DNA of 64,000 nucleotides from Phoronis australis (taxonomy: Eukaryota; Animalia; Phoronida): positions 639,520 through 703,519 of the forward strand of contig NMRA01000159.1 of NCBI GenBank assembly GCA_002633005.1. Direction: 5' to 3'. Position numbers and translations under genes: made by a program. Shown here piece by piece: positions 52,791 through 64,000 of the stretch. The notes beneath the pieces were generated by a model. That model was given only the letters and a program-made list of their open reading frames with translations. It did no database searches and had not been told where the DNA came from. Within the stretch, counting starts at the first letter, position 1; every line of letters starts with the position of its first letter.

Positions 52791-53522
52791 TATTTGTTTA
52801 TAATCTTCTCTTTGTACATTTTCTGTTAGTCCCTTCAGACTTTTTCCTAATTCTTCTTTTCATTTTTGTTCCATTATTACGGGCATTTCTTTGTACACGC
52901 CGGTGGCGTTTTCCCCCATCTTGCAGAGCCTTCATCTACTTAAGTCATAATAAATTACACTTTTCGTAATCCTCATCTTGTTTTACTCTGCAATATAGTT
53001 CGTTTCGTACCCCAGGCAAAACAGATTACGATAAACGAGGATTAACAAACTGTAGGTTTGCTGAAGGAGCAGATTAGAAATACCGTCGTCCGTGAAAATA
53101 CCCTTAGGGTGCCAGCGTAACCTTCATAAGATCTAAATTAATTTTCGCCTTATTGTATTGTATCTTAACGTAAATAAACATGTTACTCACTCCTTAAACC
53201 AGAGCGTCGTCCGTAGACTCATCTTGTCATAGATATTAGGCTGAAGCTGAATTTTAAGTGGTATCCCAAGGTTAACTGAACACTAACAAAATCCAATTTG
53301 GGAATGTTGTGTGCTTGTTATGTGAATGGGTGTCCGGGTCCCAATTTTCCAATTTTTACAAAAATAAAGACTTGAGAAAAGTTCTGGGAGCTATATTTAA
53401 AACGTAAAAAATGTTCAAATCCTAAAATTATACTTGTGTAACGGGGGCGGTGTCTACAGGGCACTCCCTGTTACACTTTAATGAAGAACACTAGTCTGAA
53501 GTTGTTCTACTTTGTTTTACAG

Positions 53523-53774
53523 AATTCTGCTCATGTGTCTAATAGTATGCTGCGTCTCATACTATTACATGGCCCAGCACCGGGTGTTGCTACCCAGTGA
53601 CGTAGATGGGAGAAAAACGAACAAACCCTTTCTGTATTATGTCCAGGCAGCGTCCTGTATATCCAAGTACTATCTACAGCCAGACCTTTTTGGGGATGCC
53701 TCTTTGTGTGACTGCGATGTTTTGGTACTCAGCTACAAGACAGCATGCTTACAAAATAATCTCACACATGTCAG
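53523..53774 (+). CDS. Coding exon of paralogous gene copy 2
   Basis: Same acceptor (TTTGTTTTACAG|) and donor (AG|GTGAGT) as 36410-36673. Open frame with an in-frame 12-nt deletion. The downstream exon was not found in the window. Confidence 0.8.
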
Positions 53775-54024
53775 GTGAGTTAGTCAAAATCACGGTTCTA
53801 TCCTACATGACGTCATGTTCAACGCGATTCTTCTCCTCGTCCCTTACGTCATCAGTCTGCATCTTGGAGATATTGGTACAACCTTATATATGTTTTCTGC
53901 TGAGTTGATGTTCTCCTCCGCACAATGAATTTAGTCAGTGACACAGCCTGAAGGTATTGAAGACAGCGAATGAGGCTGAAACAGTCGTTTATGTCCAGAG
54001 GTTTTAATCTCTCGTGGCCTTAAG

Positions 54025-55668
54025 TTCAATTTACGTTTTTGGGAATAAATTTCAGCATCAATCTATCGGAGATTCCTGGTTTAAATTATTCTAGGAATAT
54101 CAAAGAAATTCAAAAAGGGCACCAACTCGGCAAAATTACTGTCATAAAATCACTGCTCTTACAAAATCAATTCTTCTTTTTATGGCTTTGCCATCACCAT
54201 CAAGATAAGAAGTTTATCTATTAGAACGTATGATTTACGAATTTATTTGGGGTAAACCAAATAAAACCAAAAGGACCGAAATTGTTTAGAATTTTTCCCA
54301 TGATGGATGCAAAATGATTGATATTGAATTTTCTTTAAAAACATTGAAATTATTTTGGTTTAGAAGATTATTAAATGGTTATGAGGAATTTTGTACACAT
54401 CTGTTTTTGCAGCATGATCCTTTGAGAACGCGGAACTCTTTACTTTTTGGAGATGCGTTTTATAGCACTTATGCAAAAGACATTAAAAATGTGTTTTGGT
54501 TTGAGGTCTTTACGTTTGTAGCACAAAGTATGTGTATGCTGATTACTTCCTTTACATTCCAATCTGGTATAATAGCAACATACATGTATTAACAGAAAAC
54601 AATGTAATATGTTATAGGCAATGGTTTTAAAAAAAGGAATCATTCATGTTTGTAATTTGTTGGGTATTGAGGGAACATTTATGACTCATCAGTCCCTTTG
54701 CATTAGGTATGGCTTTTCTTCACCTTTCGTTTTGTTTTATGGTCTCAAGAATCCAATTTGCAATTTGAAAAAAAGGATCACAGGCAATGTCTTTTAATGT
54801 TAGTCTCTTTAATATGCCAGTTGTAATTGTAAGGTTAGCTAAAAACAAACATGTTCTAATTGAATTAAATCTATTTATACAAAGCCAAAGCGTGAATATC
54901 AGTGGGAAACTGACCTTGGTATTGATGCATCTCCTGATTGGTGGAGAAAGGCGTATACTTATTGATGCATCTCCTGATTGGTGGAGAAAGGCGTATACTT
55001 ATTGATGCATCTCCTGATTGGTGGAGAAAGGTATAATTTACTAGTGATACTAGATTGAGATGGTTTCTGGTTAGTTCCATACATCGTTAAAAATCAACAA
55101 ACTGATATTTACATAAGACTGGAGATAAAGAATGAGATTCATGTCCATTTTGTAAAAAAGTACCTGAGGACATTAGTCATCTTTGTGTTGGAACTGTGAT
55201 TTGACAAGGTCTTTCTGGATTTCACTTGATGAATGGATCATAAACAAAACCGGAAACTCGCTTAGTTTTCAAATTTAGATATATTTTCGGAAAGATTGAA
55301 GGACAAGACGTCATTAATCTTATTGTTTGTCTATGAAAATTTCATGTTGATTGACAGCGTCTTAAAAACACGACTCCCAATTTCACATTCTTTAAAAGGG
55401 AAGTCTTTGAGTATTTCAGAATTGAAAGATACTCGTTTTACAATAATCTAAAATTCGAGGATTTTAATAACAGATGGGCCCCTATGGTAATTCGATTTTG
55501 AGGCAGTTTATTTTTGAGTTGTAAATGACCCCCACCACAAGTGTGCTCGTGCATATGTATGTGCGTATGAATGTGGCTATAACGGTGCGTATGGATGTGG
55601 GTATGTCTGTTTTCTCTTCATTTTCACGTGTCTGTAAAAGTATTATGTTTAATAATAACAAACAAAAA
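54025..55668 (+). mobile_element. 5'-truncated L1/Tx1-clade retrotransposon in the intron of gene copy 2
   Basis: FTFLGINFS; GKITVIKSLL; YEFIWGK; DGCKMIDI...LKLFWFRRLL; IWYN; CPFCKKVPEDISHL. A-rich tail AATAATAACAAACAAAAA. Many stops and frameshifts. Confidence 0.85.
54920..55031. repeat. Perfect 40-bp tandem repeat (2.8 copies)
   Basis: TATTGATGCATCTCCTGATTGGTGGAGAAAGGCGTATACT twice, plus a 32-bp partial copy. Confidence 0.95.
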
Positions 55669-57527
55669 GTAAGGCTGACAGAGAGAAATTCGAAATATTT
55701 CCGGGGGAGATTCACGATCTTACAGTGGAGCCGTCTGTAGTCGTTTCTTCTTTTTGGTGTTGCCTCTTGTAGAATGTGTTTCAATCCAACGCTGCTTCCC
55801 TAAACGGCAATCCCAAGTTTGCTCCAAGCTTTGAGTGGGTTTAAACCAAGCGTCTTTGTACCAAGACGCCAGCGCCGGGAGTAAATTAACCTTGATGATA
55901 GGCATTCATCCTTACCTACCATCTGGCACTTAAAGCGAAATACAGAAATTCCTGCAAAGTAAACATTTTTTGTGTTAATTTCGCATTTTAAACGCTATCA
56001 CTTTTGAAAAAATACAGAATTCATTTCAGAAAAAGCAAAAGTTTACATCCGTAAAATAACAGATTTTTAAAAATTTGGAAAAACATTGGGTTCAGTGCTA
56101 CATACTTAAAACAACGTGAAAGCAACAAGGTAAATGCAACCAAAGAAGAACGGATCGGAATCAAACTTCAGCATGTTATAGTGGCAGACGTTTGCAAATG
56201 TGTTTCTTGCCGCACCTCAGTCTGAACGAAAGTAAATAAAATCCATTGTGCTTCCCTAAAGCATGTTACAGAGCTAGGCGCGCTTTTTCAGTGGCATAGA
56301 TAGTATGTGGTATAGATGTAATGTTTAATTTCCTTACCCCTACATTTAGGCGGTTACCTGACGGAGAGCTAGCTAGTTCACGTTGTTGGGTCAAGATGGG
56401 TTAATACGCTTGTTTAGCATTTTGGGCCCAGCAAATGAAATTAAAAAATTAAGAAAGATAATTAATAATCAGACCAGATTCACGTATCCCTGTGAATTGC
56501 TAAGCATTTCTAAAATTCTTATCTGGCAATGGATGTGGTCAATCTTTATCCTTTATAACTTCCCGGGAGTATACAGTGGGTGTAACCGTTGTTGGAGAAC
56601 ACCCATAAACCCAAACAGTGACATACTTTTTTAAAAATTACAAGTGCAAAATTACCACCGCGGTTCACTGAATCGGAAAAATCCAAGACCCTTGCAAAAT
56701 TTTTGAAAACGTGATGTGACTGCATATCTATTCCTGTTTGTGGTCCAAATCGCATCATCTCTAAATATTCGAATTCTGCCTCACCTTTCTCTCACTGATG
56801 TAATTTCCGCCTATAAATAAGCTCTTGGTCGTTCGAAGCAGACGAAAACCTTTTTGTTTAGACACAAAAGTGGTACTTCAACAAACACGCTGAAAAAGTT
56901 GTTGCCATTTAATGTGTACATGTAACAAGCTATGTCCACGAAGACATTAGTTGTTAAATTTGTATCGTTGGCCAAATGGATGAACGTTACGCACGCATAG
57001 GCGGATTTAGGAGGGGCAGGGGGCCCGCCCCACCCCCCCCCCCTTGGCTGCCGCAAAAAATAAAACAGAGAGTAAATGTCGAGTTTATTAATCAACCCCG
57101 ATAATTAAAATTATACGGCTGAAACAAGATTTAAATGTCTGCAGTTTTAGTGTTTGGGGGGGCTCAGATCCAATTTCAAGTGTCAAATTCGGAACACGGC
57201 GCAATCGTAACGGAACTATGGCTAAGTATAGGCTCTCCCGCGACATCTCAGGCGACCGGCAGTAGCGCTGGGCACTACGACTCCGTTTCCATCGTCTGCT
57301 CCACTGTGCAATGAAGAAAATTTTTAAAGAAAATGGAATCTTTGTGATGATGAAAAAACAGAAGCTGCTGGTAAGATGTCAATTTTAATCGAAGCCTTAG
57401 TGAATCACTCAGAAACTCATAATGCTCTCTTCGTCAAACCTTAACTTAACTGATTAAGACGATATCCAAAGCAATCGCGTCATTATTGCCAACACAAAAA
57501 AACGGATTTGGTCTTTTGGGCAATTAA

Positions 57528-60500
57528 GTATCAGTCCACGGATCCACCGACCACTGTACAGCCAACAAGCGGCAAGGTGGGGGGTCAGCCATTCAGATCC
57601 ATGTTTAGTCTGATGAATCACATTAGGGATGAGAGAAAATGGGTGAAGTATGACACCACAAAGTTTGGTGGTTTAGGAGATACAAGGGAAGTGTTCTGGG
57701 GGGCAAAATGAGGCAATTTCTTGGTGTGGAACGAGTCATTTTTGACCAAATTTCCTACTCCAGTTTCTGCTTCAAACAGAATCGTTTCTGAACAATTTTG
57801 ATATCACATGATAGGTTCATGACCAATGTCAGTAAAAACGGCACCGACACTGCAATATCGGTTACCATGGTAACACTGGAACTGTTTCCGTGGACTCACA
57901 TTTCCGTCTTGTGAAAAACCAGCAGTAAGCTGTACCCTTATAGCGAAGCTGCCCCAACGAGAAAACTAAAAATAATAACATGGGCATGTAGAAGACTCCA
58001 TGCCCTTGAAATTAATACAATAAAAACTTTGTCGGCCCTTCGGGCAGGCTTGGTAATAGGTGTCTGAATTTCACTATTTTCAGACCGCGTATATGTATTT
58101 GTCATGTTAAACCAGTCACTAGTTGTGCGCCGCTTCTACGCATTAATATGCCGTGGTATAATACAAAAATTAAAACAATTGGTTTGCTTAAATGTTTTTC
58201 ATTAACTTTAAGGATACTAGCATTTCCAAATAGAATATGAAATTATACTAAATTTGTTCATCCAATTCGTTTGAATACCAAACTAAAGCTTACAATGCGT
58301 TAGTTGAATGATGGCTGACCTAATGTGCAGGGTTGCGAATTTATTTATTTATCTGGCACTGCCAGTCGCATCGAATGTGGTATTTCCACAAATTGCGGAG
58401 AGAAACAACTTTGGAAACTCTTGGGAAATGCACAAGGTATAGAGCGAGACATTTGAGCACCTTATAAGAGTACGTGGAGCTGATGTGGAGGTGGAACGTG
58501 TCCTCCTGAGAAGTAGTCTGTCTTTGCCTCGGAGGCAGGTGTGCAGGAGCTACAATCATAATCTACCGTATTAGATTCACTTAACCGAATCATCGTTACA
58601 ATACTCGAGATATATTGGCGTCGCCAAAGACACTGAGAACATACACTGCACACTAGAGGAGAAATCTGACAGAGGTCTGAAAAATGACCAAAGACGTTAA
58701 GTCAAGGTTCAACGTCCAGCTTCGTGTGAGCTCAGGTAGGAATCACTAAACTCCAGGGTCCGACCCTGAGGAATATTTTTAGAAGCGCGTCATTCATGCA
58801 AAAATACTTTATTGACACACCGTGATTGCTTATAACTTGGGCCTTATTGCTTAATCATATCTTATTCAAATGTGTTGATGTTTATGCAACTACATTGGCA
58901 TAGAAAATAGGTAGTCATCATAACTTTTCATAACAACCACCAAATGTGTAACATAACTTCTGCCCATGAACTACTTTTAGAGACTAGGGAGTATGTTATG
59001 TCTACCAATGATTTTCTGCGATTATGAAGTTAATTAAACATGCTAAAGCCGTCAAAAATATTGGTGCCTTCACTTTAGCTTGGTATTCATATTTTCTGAG
59101 CCGAAATGGCCACATTAAATTTAATATGTTTAATTTTTTCATTAATACAATTTTAGGAATCAGGAAAGGCTTATGCTGAAGAAGTGGCTTCTGCTGAAGT
59201 TGGAGACTTGCCGATTATTAGTAAAGGTTGGGTATGGAAAAGTTCACAACCAGCAAGAAGGTACCCTTCTGGACAACTAAGTGAGGGGGCTAGAGAGAGG
59301 CCGAAAAGTCTAATCCCAGAAGATATGTCAAAGAGAATTTGTAGCTTGAGGAACGAGTCGGGGAAAAAGTATTTGCCAAAGATTACTGGCTTATACCACA
59401 ACAGGTCCAAAGTAATTTGTTGAGATAGGCCACTTTCAGCAAATGTGGGGAAACTGGGACAGAGGAAGTGGAGTATGCATTGAAAGAGGCAATCTGCGAT
59501 TGTCAAGGATGTAGCATTGTAAAAATTCAAAAGGAGGAAAAAGTACAGTGGCTGGACCTGTAAATACTCTGGCTGATCTACTAAATTCAGTGGGGGCATT
59601 ATTGTATCAGCACAGCAGTGTGTTGTTGCAAGCTTTGTTTGCACCAGAACTGCTTGTGTGAACAGCACAAATCTAAAATTTACCTAGTCTAAGACTGAAG
59701 TTTTGTCCAGGCACGGATCATGATCCTGGGCCACATGGTAATGGTACATTGTTCATTTTGTTTCGCCACTGGATTTTTTGGTCTGACAGGATTTCTCAGT
59801 GTCGCCATCACATTTAGATGATTTCTGACCATTGTACTATTCCTTTTCCTTGAAGATGCGTAATTGATCTGAATTAATGTTTCTGCATTTTATTTACCAT
59901 TATAGATTTTTGTTTGTAAATGGGTATATATTACTGAAATTTGAGACCCTTTTGCAGTTAAGCTGGTTTTGTTAACTTATCTTTCTGCCTGGGTTGTAAA
60001 CCCATATTCTGTCCAGGAGGTAATAAGTTTTGATTTAGACCATTTACCTCTATAAACTTTTGCTCAGTTTGTTCTTTATCCAGATGGGAAGTGATTTCTG
60101 GAATTGTAGCGAATTGACAGTTTGCTATTCCTTGAGTCCATGCTGCGTGTATAAAATCACACACTATTGGTCTGGTCTCTAGCAATTGCATATTGCCAGA
60201 TCTTTCAAAGTTCTGAAATTGCTCAAAGTGACCTGGAAGTAATACCTATTTCGTGATGGTAAAATGTCTTAATCAAGAGTTGTTTATGTGATTTTAGGCG
60301 AGTTTATGTCCACTTCAAATGATTTTTTGTTGCAGTACTGAAAGGTATTGGCACATTAGCTCTGGTGGCTCCTTGTTTTTTTGGCGAATTGACCATTTTA
60401 TGGTTCCCATGGGTAATTTTGTAACTGGTCTAGTATGTATATACAACTGTAATCGTAGGGCAATTGTAAAGCAAACCATGTTGCAAAAGTATTTTTTCAT

Positions 60501-62526
60501 GACCATTTTATTGTAAAATGCTGCCTAATTGGAACCGACAAGCCAATTTTTCATTTTGTGGTGGTTAGTTTTGATAAGAACATTGATGTGGTAAATACAG
60601 CTACCTCAAGTTTGTGAAGAAGAGATTTCCAGTGTTGTCAGCGATATTGCGAAATCACTTTTTCACAATGAGACTGCATCACCTTAAATGTAATTCTCTG
60701 ACTTTATGAGCTTTGTGTGGTTGACTCTGTCCTGTAGCAATTAGAGTGTTGAAAAGATCTGGAAGGCAATTTTTTATTAGGGTCATAACATTTGCACTTT
60801 TGACTGTACAGTTATTTTTGCATTGTATTACGAAAACACATTTTGTAGTACACAAGTCTCTAGTTGGTATTTTATATTTTTTCACAAGGAATATTTTTAA
60901 CTTAGATGAGTTGTCTGTGAGGTAGGCAATTTTCAAATAAGATAATGAATAAAATTGTCAAACGTTGTTTTATTTTTAGATGTGTGATCTTCCAATAAGT
61001 GATTACTGTTAAAAAAACTTTGCAGAATTTGACTTTCACTCTTCATTTGAAGGAGAATAAATCCATAAACCTGCATTGTCTAGAAATTTTACTCAAGCTA
61101 TATATTACAGGGTTGGGGATTGGAATCTTAATACAACAGAGTCTGAACCAGTACCATGAGCAATACCACGCAATACACGGATTAAAAAAATTGGGTTTGT
61201 TTAAGTTCCACGGAAAGGATTCGTGTGCGCGGTAATAGTTACTAAGATGCGTGGTCTTTGTTTGTGGATACTTTAGGATTCCTCTTCTGTGGTCATCCAC
61301 GGGAAACCTGGTCGCATAGACAACAATAGTTTAGCATCTTCATTGTTCCCGTTGTTATAATAAAAATAAAATGACGAGCACTTATCGGCAACGGTCTGAT
61401 GTACGCAAGGTTCTATATCCATGCGACCTGTGTTGTTACATCCAACAATGACACAACAAAGGAAAACAGTGATAGGGCCCATGGGCGAAAAACATGCGAC
61501 GAGTTGCCACGGACAGTGGTGGAGTTTGTCTTGTCATTCGAATGTTTTTAGAGAACTGCAAACCCGGTATTTCGTCAGGAAAATTTCTGCGGTCTTTTGT
61601 TTTAAGACGTGGGAAAAATTGCGGTCATGCAACCAAACTTATCATTCATTTGATATTACAACGCATTGCATGAACATTTGATCAACAGAAAATCTGACTT
61701 GAATATGTGTGAAGAAATACCCATGAGGAAATTGCAAAGTAAAACAACGGTAAATCAAAATAACCTACATTTGTCGAGTTCATGTCTAACCCTGTTCACT
61801 GTGGAGGACATAATCGGCTTTTTACAAAATGGAACCGTGTATGGTATTTAGGAGTACTGTAGCCCTAATTGGTAAGTAGTAAAACGTTCAAAACATTCAG
61901 GAGGAACTAACTTGTTGCAAAATATCGAAAAACATGGAGGACAATCGGATTTTACGGTGCTCACCCATCGGTCTCAGATATATGAAAATTTCTCATTTTA
62001 GGTACATTTGAGGTACCAAAATGTATAACTAATAAACTGGCTGACAAAGTTTTTATTTTATGAAATGAAAGTAACATGTTTTGTCAACATTTTGGCTAAG
62101 TTTCATTCTCATAACTGGGGGCAGATTTGGTACAGCAGTGTACTGAACACAACCTCAAAATGGCATAACGGGGGGCAGTGTAGTAAAACTACTAAATGAG
62201 GGTGGTAAATCGGAGTCGTGTTTCAAGACATCTGTGTAACAATCTACAGGCACCACTAAACAATGCCAAGTGAATAATAAATCAATAGCTTTCATTCAAG
62301 GAAAAATATGAACAGTTTTAAAAACTGGACAGTTTTTATACCGTGAAAACATGGCTGCGACGCCGTAAAATGTGTTCGAGCCTATAACTTTAGAAAAACG
62401 TAATATTTTGAGGAAATATTTTACCGCTGTTTATAGATCCCATAGGGCTACCTATGTGCCAAATTTGGTGAAAATCGGCTGACCCCCACCTTGCCGCTCA
62501 TGGCTGGTGCTCTCGTGGACTAGTAC
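57528..62526 (+). mobile_element. TTAA-flanked DNA transposon remnant, Sola3-like
   Basis: TTAA|GTATCAGTCCACG ... CGTGGACTAGTAC|TTAA, with a shared subterminal GCGGCAAGGTGGGGG(G)TCAGCC. Coding remnants: EVERVLLRSSL...VCR...YWRRQR (~58480-58640) and KGWVWKSSQPARRYPSGQL...PEDMSKRICSLRNESGKK/FAKDYWLIPQQVQS (59184-59425). The superfamily is recalled from motif similarity and is tentative. Confidence 0.6.
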
Positions 62527-62677
62527 TTAAACACTATCTTAAACACAACAAATTTGTTACGAACTGCTTGCACAAAATATAAAACATGTAATAAGCATTA
62601 CAAAAAGAAGGTTTCACGCGCAAACGCTGTGGACCATAAACAAGTAGGTCTCTTAGTATCAAATTTGGAGTTAAATC

Positions 62678-62745
62678 GTGGTGGTGCAGTGGTAAAGCAT
62701 GCGCGCTCTGTCCGCCAGGTCGTGAGTTCGAGTCTGTGGTGCTTG
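62678..62745 (+). other. tRNA-derived (SINE-head-like) sequence
   Basis: A-box-like TGGTGCAGTGG (62682-62692) and B-box-like GTTCGAGTC (62726-62734). No convincing acceptor stem. Confidence 0.5.
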
Positions 62746-63699
62746 CGGTTTTTCCTGTTTGACACTTTCTGCGTTTCTTTTTTGCCTTTTTTTCTTGGAT
62801 AATACTTCGGGAATCAAGGAAAATGCTTGATTTTATAGGAAAAAGCAGAAAATTTTCCTGGGCGGGAGGGGGCAAACCCCGTTCCGATCTCCTCCCATGC
62901 GGTGCTATGGCATCTACAATCTTGCTTTGAGCAAGTGTTTACAGACAAAATGTTGGCCCCCCCTTGTGATATCCTAGATCAGCCACTGGCACGTATAAAT
63001 TACGTGGGTAAGTTAATTCTTGCACCAATATAAATGTTTAGCATGACGTCATTGTGACGTTTTAGGCACAGTCTGACGGCATGTCTAATCTTATTTCCGG
63101 GACCAAATTCCGTCATCTACTGCCATTACACGTCATTACTAAACATCTGAATACTGTATGTGTACGCTACGTCAAAATGGGACCGAAGCAATCTCACTCG
63201 GGCTTCGAAGCGTACTCAGTCTGAACTGATTGGAATCAAGGGCTTGAGCGAATACCTCAACGATTACGCGACTTACTGAGTTGTAATAGAAACTGAAAGA
63301 TTCTATGAACCAGCCTTCCGAAAAAATAACTACACTTCAAACTGGTCACAATTTTCCTGACCCAGGTTACAAGTGATTTTGGCATTATTGAGCTAACTTA
63401 TAGGATAATAAACCCTGTTTTGATAATTTCAACCAATCCTGGATGCATCGTAAACGTCAATCTTCCAATTTAGAGACAGGAGTCAACTAAAAACTCGTAA
63501 CCCCTATCTAACAAATTGGACATTATTTTCTTAGTTGGTGGTCTTTTCCCACAATTGCCACGTAATTCACTGAAAGCGTAGGTCACGCTTGCCCCTTCAA
63601 CAGACTTTGAAATTTTCCAGTCCAAATTGTGAGAGTTGTCGATGGTCATTATTTTGTTTCAGATAACTGGTTGGGAAAGTCGTTTGTAGTATCTGTTAA

Positions 63700-64000
63700 G
63701 TACTAGTCCACGAGAGCACCAGCCATGAGCGGCAAGGTGGGGGTCAGCCGATTTTCACCAAATTTGGCACATAGGTAGTCCTATGGGATCTATGAACAGC
63801 GGTAAAATATTTCCTCAAAATATTGCGTTTTTCTAAAGTTATAGGCTCAAACACATTTTACGGCTTCGCAGCCATGTTTTCACGGTATAAAAACTGTCAG
63901 TTTTAACTGTTCATATTTTTCCTTGAATGAAAGCTATTGATTTATTATTCACTTGGCATTGTTTAGTGGTGCCTGTAGATTGTTACATAGATGTCTTGAA
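63700..64000 (-). mobile_element. Second, inverted copy of the right end of the 57528-62526 element (runs off the window)
   Basis: TTAA|GTACTAGTCCACGAGAGCACC... is a near-identical reverse complement of 62222-62526. Confidence 0.9.

Larger units (their letters stand above)
56996..62988. mobile_element. hAT-type MITE expanded to ~6 kb by nested insertions
   Basis: CATAGGCGGATTTAGGA at 56996 and TCCTAGATCAGCCACTG ending at 62988, flanked by GCACG/GCACG (5-bp TSD). Confidence 0.65.

Noticed and set aside
1-64000. Most 60-130-aa ORFs in the supplied track
   Set aside because: They have alternative start codons, no recognisable domains, overlap repeats or lie antisense to TE remnants, as expected by chance in non-coding eukaryotic DNA.

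Overview
This is AT-rich eukaryotic DNA, inferred to be from a marine invertebrate based on its transposon repertoire and GT-AG introns. It has no prokaryotic operons, rRNA or CRISPR. The one host gene family is a tandem pair of paralogous intron-containing genes for a probable type II membrane protein with GT-A glycosyltransferase-like motifs. Copy 1 has exons at 36410-36673 and 43148-43895; copy 2 has an exon at 53523-53774, and its next exon was not found in the window. The rest is mostly nested, decayed transposons: an IS3EU-type element (21439-29918) with a split transposase, TTAA-flanked Kolobok-like elements, a MULE-like element, a Sola3-like element with an inverted neighbour, hAT-type MITEs with 5-bp TSDs, and Penelope, RTEX, CR1/L2 and L1/Tx1 fragments. 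The most unusual signal is antisense within the large intron of copy 1: a non-histone, PHD-like zinc-finger reading frame followed directly by two canonical histone-mRNA 3' stem-loops (39779-39851). Other oddities are a ~55-bp mini-element flanked by 13-17-bp duplications at two loci and a 134-bp duplication around a LINE insertion. All family assignments come from motif recognition by eye, not from database searches.
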